From: Paraspadella gotoi
Lineage: Eukaryota; Animalia; Chaetognatha
Reading direction: 5' to 3'
Assembly: GCA_051294375.1 (NCBI GenBank)
Contig: CM119268.1
Location: 4,794,278 to 4,858,277, forward strand
DNA length: 64,000 nt
The translations under genes and the position numbers were made by a program. The notes below the pieces were generated by a model, which did no database searches, was not told the origin of the DNA, and saw nothing but the letters and a program-made list of their open reading frames with translations. Positions 35,452-47,400 of this stretch are shown here, piece by piece (the stretch's first letter is position 1; every line of letters starts with the position of its first letter).

Positions 35452-36064
35452 TAAGGCGTAGTAAAATTTTCTAAATTTAACTTTAATTAAAATTCTAAAA
35501 GTTAGAACGAACAACATTATACTAATGAACATTTATGTAATAAAAAAATTTATAATAAATTTTACAATTTACGCAGTAGGCCATAATTATACTAGTACTA
35601 AACCAATAAATGTTAAAAATTTAAAAACAGTTTTTTCTAAGATTTTTTTGCAGATTTGGATTCGTTATAAAAAGTTGATAAAAAGAAATATAACTCTTTT
35701 TGAAAAATTCTTTCATTAAGTGGGTCAAAAATTAGAAAAGTTATATTTTAAGCTGAAAATTAACTTTTTATATATTGATTATAGTTTTTTAAATTTTTAA
35801 CCCACTTTATGAAAGAATTTTTAAAAATGTTTTTATATTTTCTTTTATCAACTTTTGACGAAGAATTCAAATCTGCAATTAAAATTAAGAAAAGCCTATT
35901 TTGAAATTGTTCGATTTTATAAGGATAGTACTATATATAAATATAGCCTACTGCAAAAATTAAAAAATATAAAATTAGTTTTTTTTACAAATTAATGTTC
36001 ACTGATGGTATGTTGCTCATAATTGACTTTTAGAATTTTCGTATGTAACTTTCACTACGCCTTA
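35452..36064. mobile_element. hAT-superfamily MITE, copy 2
   Basis: TIRs TAAGGCGTAGTAAAA / TTTCACTACGCCTTA (YARNG start). Perfect 8-bp TSD CCCCCCAG at 35444-35451 and 36065-36072. Confidence 0.9.
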
Positions 36065-36202
36065 CCCCCCAGCTCACTACCAACCCCCTCGAAAAAGAAT
36101 CCTGGGCAACGTTAAACAGGAGACGATGAACCGAAGCAAAACGTCAACTTCGATTTTGGTGGCAAAAACTTGATAAGTAAATAACAGATGAGAGAGAGAG
36201 AG

Positions 36203-36346
36203 NNNNNNNNNNNNNNNNNNNNNNNNNNNNNNNNNNNNNNNNNNNNNNNNNNNNNNNNNNNNNNNNNNNNNNNNNNNNNNNNNNNNNNNNNNNNNNNNNN
36301 NNNNNNNNNNNNNNNNNNNNNNNNNNNNNNNNNNNNNNNNNNNNNN
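36203..36346. other. Assembly gap (N run within an AG microsatellite)
   Basis: 144 Ns. Confidence 1.
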
Positions 36347-37499
36347 GAGAGAGATGAACGTCTCGAATTTATGAAAGGTTTTGGAAATAACTTTCATACT
36401 TTACGTTACGTTCAATCTTACTACAACTACAAGACTTTTTCGAAATATGAAAAGATTCTCCCTTTTTTTTGGTCATTTTAATTTTTTTATTTTTAATTAA
36501 ATTTTTCCAAAAAAAACAAAATCGCGTAAATTTTCATGTTTTTAATTTTCGAATGAAAATGAAGAACGAAATTTAAAAAAAAAAAGGGAAGGGTCTGTTT
36601 ACGCGAAGCCGTCGACATTAACCATTTACTATTATTGTATTTTTTTTTAACAACAAAATCTCGCGTCGGAGGTTAAAACCTTTTTTTTGCAATTTTCGAT
36701 CTCTAAGAAGGCGAAGATGGAGGTGGAACTTTAATGGCATCATATTGTGGACGCAACTAGTTGCTTCCACAATATATTATTATTATTATTATACGATGAT
36801 TGGTTGAGTTATAAGAATTCATCTCTTTAGCTTTTTCATCTTTTTATTTCGTCCCTTTTAACAATTTTTTTTTAATTTTTCAAAAGGTTTTTAACAGCTA
36901 AAACTTTTAAAACCTTTAAAAGTTTTTAAAGTTTTAAACAATTTTGTTTTAAAAGGAAAACAAACTCGTCTGAAAAGCTTACTCCTATGAATTGTTAGAG
37001 GGAGGTGGAAAAAACATCGCTTATGAACAACGAGACATCCGTCTTAATTTTTGCGTTTTTTTTTTCTTGCTGTTTCATGATGATTAAACAGACTTTTTCC
37101 ACTGTTCTGTACAGTCACCATTCGACCGTACTGCTCGGTCACCGTTCGAAATCAAGGTCACACAATGACGCAGAATTGCCCAGCGCCAATTTCGTCGGCT
37201 CTGGCAACTAATCATCCTTGGCGTCACGCTGCTACATTCTGATCATTAATATCCATAGCAACCCTGGTAAATATGTAAATTAATTCAAGAAGAGATCTCG
37301 GCGAAATAATAGGTGCATCGTTGAAAGATGACGACGACGCAAAAAAATTATTATGTCGACAAAGACAACGTGTTTTAGGGATGGCAACGACGACGTCATA
37401 GATGACGAAAAGATGATAACAACAACAACTCGAGACTTGAATGATTTATCGCCTCCAGCATCTAAGTCATTCCACTTTTTCGATGTGAATCTCCTGAGA

Positions 37500-37538
<39 letters not shown>

Positions 37539-37541
37539 TCG

Positions 37542-37585
<44 letters not shown>

Positions 37586-38824
37586 ACTCTCATCTCTCTA
37601 TCTCTCTATCTCCCTCTCTTCAGACGGTGAACATCCTTCCAACCGCAGCGTCACGCAGCTCTTAACCTGAGTCGCCCTATTCCCCCCCCCGCCCTCCCCT
37701 CCCTTTCATTTATTCATTTATTTTCTTTTAATTTTTTTTATTTGCTTCCTAGAGTCGCTTCTAACGTAAAAAAAATATTCTCTCCCTTTTTTAATTAAGA
37801 TTTATTCAGATTTACGCTGGGTGCTTTTTTAATAATAAAGAGGCCACGGACGTTCGGGCAAATCGTAATTTTAATAAATTAAGAGAATGAGTCCGGAGAG
37901 AGAGAGAGGAGAGAAGAGAGAGAGAGATGAGAGAGAGAGAGAGAAGAGAGGAGGGAAGAGAGAGAGAGAAACTGGGCGTCGCGAAATCCGTTAAGTGACA
38001 ATACGAATTGTAATTAAATATTGGTTTTATGTATTTCTATATTGATGGTGGGATTTCTACGTCTGGGTGGTGAAAATCTGGTTACGTGAGAGCGAGCTGT
38101 GAAAGGGAAAGTGAGTGTGAAAGTGAGAATCTGGGGATGTGAAAGCGAGCAGTTAAAGGCAAAGTGAGAGAGAAAGGGACTGTGAGACGGAAAGTAAGAA
38201 TCTATATAGTGAATGAAAAAAAAGTTAATGACTTTGTGAGATTTTCGGCTAGCTCCACTACATACAGTCGATTTTATTTAAAATAAATTACTGTACGTAA
38301 CGTTAATTACCAAATTCATTTTCCCATAAACTATATCTAAAATTAAACTTGATCGTTATTGGACGATGCTTATGATTTAATGCATGGTTTTGTTAAAATG
38401 GGAAATATTTAACTTCACTTATAACCCGTTTGTTATTACGCTATTTCCACCTCGTTGAATGTTTTTTTCTTTTCCTCTTCCTCCTCTTCATCTTCTTTCT
38501 CCTGTTCTTCCTCCTCTTCCTCCTCTTTCTCCTCCTTCTGCCACAAGAGCGACGCGACGCGGTCGACAAAAAAAGTTGAAACAAAAGACGTGACGAGAGA
38601 AGGTCGCGCGGCGAGATTTTTTTAACTATTAAAAAAAAAGAATATCGAATCGCGAATTTTAAATTTTATTTTTCAAAATTAATCGTCAAGAAAAAAACGT
38701 TTTTCAGCGTCACTTCCTTTTTCATTATTCATTGTGAGAGATTTATTGTTCAAAAAAAAAAAGAAAGAATAGGCGAAGAAAGTAAACAATAAATTTTCAA
38801 AAGAAATCTGATCCATGGGTTCTA

Positions 38825-39882
38825 CAGAGTGTCTCAAGCGTACTGTCACTTTACAAAAGAACGCTGTGTCAAATTGATAAGGTGAAGAGACAGTAATTAT
38901 TGTGATGTGTTAGTGACAGAACCGTTCAATATAAGCAGTCCCTGAGCTTCGGATCAGGCTGTAACACCATGTTACAGGCGGATTAAGCGCCCCGTCCCTC
39001 TTAACTGCCAGACGCCCACCGGGCTAGAACCCCTGACCTTTGGGTTGGGAGGCGAATGACTTGCCTCCGGCACCAATGGCCGCTGATGAACGGTTGGTGG
39101 ATTTTAGTCCACCATACATCCCCCACTCCCGTAGGGAGAAGTCTGTTGCGTCTCTTCAGTGAATTGTTGTTGTTGGTGGAAAGTTCGTCACCAAGTTGAG
39201 GCATGTCGTCTGATGTGTCGTGGGCGGAAAGTGCATCGCCAGGTTGAGGCATGTCGCCTGAAAGTGTTGTTGTTGCTGTTGTGTTCGGAAGTCGGGCTCA
39301 CCAATGAAGAGACAGTAATTATTGATAAGTGTTAATGACAGAACCGTTCAATATAAGCAGTCCCTGAGCTTCGGATCAGGCTGTAACACCATGTTACAGG
39401 CGGGTTAAGCGCCCCGTCCCTCTTAACTGCCAGACGACCACCGGGCTAGAACCCCGGACCTTTGGGTTGGGAGGCGAATGACTTGCCTCTGGCACCAATG
39501 GCCGCTGATGAACGGTTGGTGGATTTTAGTCCACCATAAAGGTATATTTGATAAAACCCCCGGAAAGATAAGTTCATACTGTTTTTTTTGGTATCTATAT
39601 CATCATGTTTATTTGTATCACTATACCATTTAACTAAGTAGCTGAAAAAATGTTATAAGGTAGTTGGAAAGATTTGAATATTTTAAAATTGACGAAAAGT
39701 ATTTTCGTCATTGACTTTGAGTGCTGATAAATTGTGATGTAATTGTTTGAATTTAAAAATGAAGACATCTTATAAAACTGTAAGAACTTTTGGATTCAAC
39801 GAGTACAGTAAATGCATTTTTTTATAACTGTTCTGATTCATTGTATTCATTTTCAAAGTGAAAGTACGCTTGAGACACTCTG
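38825..39882. mobile_element. Tc1/mariner-type MITE interrupted by a nested LTR mini-element
   Basis: 28-bp TIRs CAGAGTGTCTCAAGCGTACTGTCACTTT / AAAGTGAAAGTACGCTTGAGACACTCTG (1 mismatch), flanked by TA on both sides. Confidence 0.88.
38883..39538 (-). mobile_element. TRIM (miniature non-autonomous LTR retrotransposon) with tRNA-like sequence in each LTR
   Basis: 234-bp direct repeats at 39538-39305 and 39116-38883 (TA...CA). PBS TGGTGAGCCCGAC at 39303-39291, PPT GGGAGTGGGGGA at 39130-39119, 188-bp non-coding interior, TSD AAGG. Confidence 0.9.
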
Positions 39883-40477
39883 TACTTGAATCGGTTATAT
39901 TAAACTTTTAATAATCTTTCAAATTAATCATTAAATAAAAAGTGCAATGCTCCATTATGAACCAAAAGCAATTACGTTTTGAAATAATGAAACTAATTTT
40001 TCGGTTTAAACGAAACATAAAAGGCCGAACTATGAAATAAAAAAATGAGAACTTTATAAAATAGCTTTTTTAATTGATAAAAGTTCCATCTTTTGTTTTT
40101 TTTTATGTTTTATTTTTTATTTAAAATAAATTTTTTTTTTATTTCATCATAAATCTGACGTGAAGAACAACTCGTAACATTCGGAATACGTACGCTGTCT
40201 CATTTCCGGCTCTCATCGAATTTATTGCTCAAAAAGTATCAAATCAATTATAAATTTTGATGCGATGGGCCATATTACTACATTGAAATCTTAAGCATAA
40301 ACTATCTCTCTCTTTTTCTCTCTCTCTCTCTCCCTGTAACTTATAATAAATTAAAGATATAATCTGTAAACAATATACTCGTTGGGTGGAAAGCAGTTCG
40401 CAGCTGTGACCGTTAGACGTTATTAAGTCCTTACATTATTCCATAGAAAATAAGTTCATTTCCATTCTCTCCCATCT

Positions 40478-40571
<94 letters not shown>

Positions 40572-43319
40572 TTATCCACGATTCAGATTCAAATTCCGAT
40601 TTTTGTTTTTAGATTAAATCTTCTTTTTTTTTAAACTTCTGCGTGAAATTTTTCTGGGCAGCGATGCATCATAGCGTCACCTAATTGAGTTTTTGGTCGG
40701 TCAGTCATTCGACACTTAACATTAATGACGAAAACAAGTCAAAACATATCAAAAATATATACAAAGAAAAACCTTTGAAAAAAATATAAAAAAGCAATAT
40801 AAATTATCAAAGAAAGAAAAGGGAAAATAAGGGAAAAAATGGAAAAATTAGAAACAAAATATTTAAAAGATATAAATAGAACAATATTTTTAAAAAAAAT
40901 TAAATAAAAATAAATAAATAAGAAACAGGAAAATGAAAAATAAGAATAGAGGAAAAAAGTAAAAAGAAAATATAAGAGAAAGAAAAGGAGCAAAAGAGAA
41001 AAAAAACAGAAAAAAAAAGAAAGATGAAAAATAGAAAATAACAAAAATTTACAAAAGAAAAACATAAAAAAATGTTACGTTTGGCCCGTTTTTTTTTCAA
41101 GAAGGTCGACGCTCAGCCCATTTTTAAGCTTCCTTCCTCTCCCGACCGAAAAAAAAAATTCCCCCAAAAAACATAACGAGCATCGAAGTGTTCGTAAAAT
41201 CCCTGCAATGATCCCAAGAACGATTTGCGAGGGCGGGCTCCGTCGCAAATCCGAAACTCGCGCGACCGAGAGCGAGCGGACAAACGCACGGAAAAAAAAA
41301 CAGACAAAACCGACAGATCGACAGACTCCAAAGGCAAACAAAATGACAGAAGACAGACAAGGCCCAAGACAACGCACACCAAAAAAAAGGACAGAAAGAC
41401 CTTTTTGTATGGAGCCGGAAAAAGAAAGGAGATTCCATTAATCTTTTTTCGAGCCAAGATTCCGAAATCGAAGCAAAACAATCACAACGGAATTAATTTC
41501 ATTCTCGGAAAATAGAAGGATGGGGGGGGGGGAAGAGAGAAACGAATAGTTCGGTGAACTTTATGAGTTTCATGAGATGACTTATAAAAACTGCATTTCT
41601 TTGCAAATGTTTAATATTGGCCACAGTACATGCCTCTCCACTCAGTACCTAAGTTAGGAGTTACATGGAAAGCACTAGACAGATTACATTTTATTGAAAC
41701 GAATGGATGATTTTTCAGTATATCGGTTGTCTGTAACCAATTTTATTGGACAGATTCATCTTGAACTCATTTGATGAAGCAATTATTGCGTGCAAGAAAA
41801 GACGCTGGAGTTTTCCCCGCCTACCCCAGGTGACACAGGAGTGGTTGCTGTCTTCTTTTGAGGAAAAGGTCATGCCTCCCCCCTTCTCATTTTCTTTTAC
41901 GGTCATACCATTTGTTTTCAAAAAAAAAAAATGCTTCTGAGTTTTTAAATTGCATTTCAAAGTAAAAGTAACTAAACTTTCGAACAAATTAAAATTTTGT
42001 GAGTTTTTTGAAGGTTGTCATTTGAGAGATTTTTTTCAAATTTTTAAAAAAATAAGATTACACTAGACAAGAAGGACAACTTTTGTTTTGCATTATTTTT
42101 TTTTAATTTAAAATTAAGTTTAAGTTAAGGTTATGGTTAAGGTTATAAGTATGAAAATAAATTAGGTTAAATATTATGGTTAAAGATTTTGGGATAAAGG
42201 ACAGAAATAGAGCACTCTCGGAAAGAGAAAGCCAAATTTAATTTCTTTCATTTCATATGTATTTTCCTCTAAGAAATAACTTTTGAAAATCAATAAGATC
42301 CATCTATCGCTTTATTCCCTGATAGTACAATCTATATAAAAATGATCCATTCATTTAATATATAAGATATCCTTCCCCTGTCGTTGGCTTGGCAATCATA
42401 GCCTGGCGATGGTAGGATAAGGCATCCATCTCTTTGACAAGACAATAACATAGCAGAACCCTGACAGCTTTCAATCAAGGATCTCACAGTCTAGTGATGT
42501 CAAAACCGTTAAACGGGCGATGTCTTTAATGTTTGAGCTCACGTCACGGGTGTGAAGTTGAGAAATACTTTTAACGCCTCCCATCACGAAGGCTTGGATT
42601 GGTGATCGAGTACTTTGCTGTCCGAGCTGAGTTTCACCAAGCTATAAGGGATTCGCCATAACCTCATAATATATAAAAGACTGAACAGAAATTTTCTTGA
42701 GGACTAAGGCTATGTCTGATTTTTTAAATTTTTTAAAATTGTCTTCAGGATAAGACTACTAAGTAGAATCGTATGCACTATTATATCATATAATCCGCTT
42801 CGTACATTAAAAAAAAAACGACTTAAACGTTTAGAACAAAATAAACAGGACAACGACCAAAACAAAGACGACCAACTTTTAAAGGTCGACAAGACGCAAA
42901 GACGACGACGACGACGACGACGACGACAGAGACTGTCAAAGACGCGACGTGTGACCTTCGGGCGAGTGAGGAAGGAAGATAGATGACAATTAACGATGAG
43001 GACCACGACGACACTGTTGATGATAATGATAATGACGACTGGATGATAATGATAACGATGATTTTTATAAGGCAACTGAATAAGAGTTAAAGGGTAGACA
43101 ATGACAAGACAACGATATAAAAAAGAACCAATGATGAAAAAATAGATGACAACGACGACAGCTTCGCTCCAAAACCACGAGGACAGGGAAGACTTGAAAA
43201 CTTGTCTCAAGTTCCCATCAAAATTTAACTCCTACGTTTTCTCTTTTCCTTCCAAGAAATGACCTTCGAAATGGAGACGATTCCATCGGCGCCCATTTTC
43301 GGCGACACCGGAATCACGC

Positions 43320-43580
43320 CAATAAATCGCGCCGGTTTTCGATTTGCGATAAAGATTCGCGCCGGTTTATGAAGGCGCCAAAAAATCGCGCCGGTTTAGG
43401 ATGGCGCCAAAGAATTGCACCGGTTTACGAAGGCGCCAAAAAATCGCGCCGGTTTAGGATGGCGCCAAAGAATTGCGCCGGTTTAGGATGGCGCCAAAGA
43501 ATAGCGCCGGTTTAAGATGGCGCCAAAAAATCGCGCCGGTTTACGAAGGCGCCAAAGAATCGCGCCGGTTTTCGACGGCG
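43320..43580. repeat. 29-bp CpG-rich minisatellite (aaaaatcgcgccggtttaggatggcgcc), ~9 copies
   Basis: Directly visible upstream of the first identified GPCR exon. Confidence 0.9.
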
Positions 43581-44473
43581 CTCCCGAGAATCGCCTCTGT
43601 TCGGTGGAAAACTCGTCGAACGAGGGCGCTCTGGAGAATTCTCCTCTTAGCGATTGACGGAAGAAGATTTCACGAAAAACTTTTCATTCGTTAAAAACTT
43701 TTTTTTTTCTAACTTATAGGGGAAATAACGTTATTTATTTTTTTTTAAATCAGTTTATCATTTATATCTTTCATTGATAAAACGTTGGCATACATTTGTT
43801 CCCATTATACGCAGACAAGCGAGGTTTTCCCAACCCCTTCAAGGGCCTTCACCCCCAAGAGGCTTCGTATGTCAGCAAATTCACACCAAAAACGATTTCC
43901 TCCATTCGAAAATGAGAGATTGAAAGCTTGGAGCCGGTTCCGTCACGAAAGGGCCTCTCCACGTCGGACCGAACGGTGACAGCGACGATAAAAGACAATC
44001 TTCCCTTTCGGCGCCATTTGTATAACTTGGTTGGGGGAGAAATCGACGGGAGACTCCGCGGGATTTCCTTTCGACTCTTCGTTTGGGAAGGAAGGGAAAG
44101 GGAGATAGGAGTTTCGGAAAGGGATGGCTCTTTGCAAAGGGCTGTAATGGGGTCTTTAAGGAGTCATGGAGAAGAGTTCTTACAGATGTCTTCAAGGGGG
44201 ATCTTTAGAGGGCCTTTAGTAGGGTTTTAAGAATGGGGCAAGAGTTCCTTGAGGGCGGGGGCCTGTAAAGAGGCTATTAAAGGGTCCTTGTGAAGTTTTT
44301 TATAGGAGTCCTTCAGGGGTTCGCTGAGGGGACTCTACAGATAGGTTTTGAAGGGGCCCAGGAGAGAGGTTAAGCCTGACCAAAACCCAATTGACCAGCT
44401 TGTCCATCTAACCACAATTTTCCCCACAAATCTCTCACACATAAAAAAACCTTACACGCTTACCCTCACACAG

Positions 44474-47400
44474 GCGAATCAATGACGACGCCCTCTTCCG
44501 AGGATTTCCCCTCCCATTCCCTTCCTCCCTCCTCCTTCGCCCCTACCCCCTGTTCCTCCTTCCCCTTCTCCACACCCATCCCCTCCTCCTCCTCCTCCTT
44601 CTCCTCCTCCCCCTCCTCCTTCCGTTGTCCCCTCATCGATTTCGCCGCGGAGAAACTCTCTCCTCCCTCTCTTCCTCCGGAGGACGAGGAGGAAGGAGGA
44701 GGAAGAGGAAGATTTTGTGCCGAATTCGAGGTGAGTTTGAATGGGAGAAGGGGGAGAGAGGAGAGGGAGGGAGGGGAGGAGAGGGAGAGGAAGGAGTGAG
44801 ACAGAAGAGGAGAGGAGGGACGGGAGGGAGGGCAGGAGGAGAGGAGAGAGAGGACTGAAGGAGGGGAAAGGAGGAGAGGGAGGAGGGGAGGGAGAGGAGA
44901 AGAGGGGGAGGAAGTGGCAAAGGCTACCGAATGTTTTGTCGGAATATTTATCGTATTATGATTCGTAATAATTCTATTACAAAATTCTCATATGTTCTGA
45001 CTTTTTTTTTTTGTTGCTTGATCGAATTTCGTTTTTTTTTTTTTCTATAATTTTTTTTTAAATGTTAATCCTTTTTAAATTAAGACTGGCATATGAAAAC
45101 TGACTTTTTAGACTAAAAAGTCAATAATTATTAAGTTTTTAGTTCATTTCGTCTCACATAGAAACTATGGAAAACTACATCTGAAAATAAAAAGTACCCT
45201 TGTTTTAATTTACTTGTCGGATTAGCGAATTTTTTGAATCAGAGAGAAAATTCAGTAAGATCCCCACTTCCGAGGATTAAGAATGAACTAAATCCCGTAA
45301 GAGGGATTAGATGTCGGGTACAATCCATAAATAAGGTTTTAAACAAGACTGAGAACGGTGCATGAAGCGAAAAAAAAAAAAGGAAAGAAAGAAAGGAGAA
45401 AAAAAATAAAGAAGCGAACAACGATGAAAAGAAAGGGAGAAAAAAAGATAAAAAGAAAAAGGTCAGGATTTCTTACATGTACTTTCAAAATCAATACTTA
45501 AAACGAAACAGCGACAACAAAATTCTGTCGTGTCTTCTTTCTGTCCTTTGGGATTCCAGCAAAGCCCAAATAAATCAGAGCCAAGGGCCGCTGGAAATTC
45601 CCAATAAATTTCAAGATTGCGAATCTATTATCAATTTCACGGAGACCTTTGGTTATTTATAGAATTCTCTTTTTCTTTCTCGATTTCTCGATCTCTTTAT
45701 ATAGTTCTTAAATCATTTTTTTTTCTTTATTTCTCTTCTTTCTTAATTTCTATATTTTCTTCTCTTTCTTTCTTAACTTGTTTCTATCTTAATTTCTTTC
45801 TTCCCATCTTTCTTTTCTCATTTTTTTTTTTTACTATTCTATCTTTTTTCTTGAATTAATCTCATTTCTGCCTGATCTCCAATTTTCAATTTACCAACTC
45901 CGACCTCCCGATCCGCCCACCGCAACCACCTTTCCTCCATCAACACCCCCCACTACCCCCCCCCCCAACAGGACGCCCTCTGCACAGTCTGGCCACGCAC
46001 TCCAGCGGAATCGATCGCGATCAAAACTTGTCAAGAGATTTGGCCAAATTTGAAGCATCAGAATTTGATTCTGGATCATCATTACTCGCTCGTCAAAGAT
46101 AATGTATTATTATTTAAAAACAAAACAATGACAACGATTGATAATTAATTATCTTATTCAACCGGTTGAACGTTGTACAAAATAATTAAAATTTTGATTT
46201 TAACTTTAATATTTAATATTTAATAACCTAATTTCAAACCCTAATGCCTATTCTTAACCCTAACCCAAAACCCTAATCATTAATTACTAAATACTAACAC
46301 TAATCACTAACTTAATTATTAACCTAATCCTTAACCCAATCCCTAACTTTAACCATTATCAATATTCTAACAAAAAAAAATAATTCAGAATTTAAGATTT
46401 AATTGGGCGTTGTGAAAAAAAAAATAGGGCCTAAAAAATTCCCAGCCCGCCGAAGCCGAAAGGGATAAGTCGATGCCCTATCGGCGAAATTTTGAATTTT
46501 GAATTTGGATGGGAACGAATCGTTAACTATATTTTTTTTCCGAAGAAGATTTACTAAGCAATTAGTATTCAGTTTAACGAAATCTTTTTTTTTTTGCGTC
46601 GTTTAGAACGTGACTCGACTTTGCTTGGTAAACGGGACATGGGAGACCGTGGCGACTTACAACCAATGCTATCATGGTAAGCTGCTTGGAAAAAAGTTAA
46701 AGTAAACAACTTTTTAAATAGTGAATAAATCTTCTCAACACTACAGTTTGCTCTGCTTACTTAAGTTTTTATTCTTTCAAATAATTTTTTTTCTTCTTTT
46801 TGAAATGTTTTTCTTATCTTTTTTTCATTTTATTTTTCTTCCCTTTCTTTTTTACTTTCCATTTTCTCAAAAAAAAAAAACGAGAAAAGAGCAGAATTAT
46901 ATCGGTATCATTTTCCAATTTTCATCATTTTTTTCGATTCACGCCCTGTGAACCCTTTTCTCTTTTTCCCATGGCTCAATATAAAATCTTCCTCACCTCT
47001 TCACTTCCAATCATTTTTCACTTACCCCATTTTTTGATTTACCCTACTTTCACTTTCACGCTTCACTTTTTTCAGTTTTCACATTTTTAAAAAAAAACTG
47101 CTAATTCACACTTTCACCTTTTTCCCTCCAATCTCACAAAAGTTAAGGGAACACGAACTAATAAAACAAGTGGCCTTCCCTTAATTAAGTTGACACTTTA
47201 AAAAAAAAATCATTCCGTTTTAATTAAAACCGAAGTAGAAATGAAATTGAAAGAGAAAGAAACCGATTGGTGTTCGCAATGGAGTCATTTTTCGAGCTCC
47301 GACCAAAATAATATAAAAGAACGGATGAAATTAAAGACTTTTTAATAATAAAATCAGATTTCAATTTTAGTGACGAGAAAAAAATAAAACAAATGTAGAA

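Noticed and set aside
46446-46530. Possible extra GPCR exon (PPKPKGISRCP...)
   Set aside because: Flanking exons 45972-46103 and 46607-46676 already join in phase 0 and give a complete ECD.
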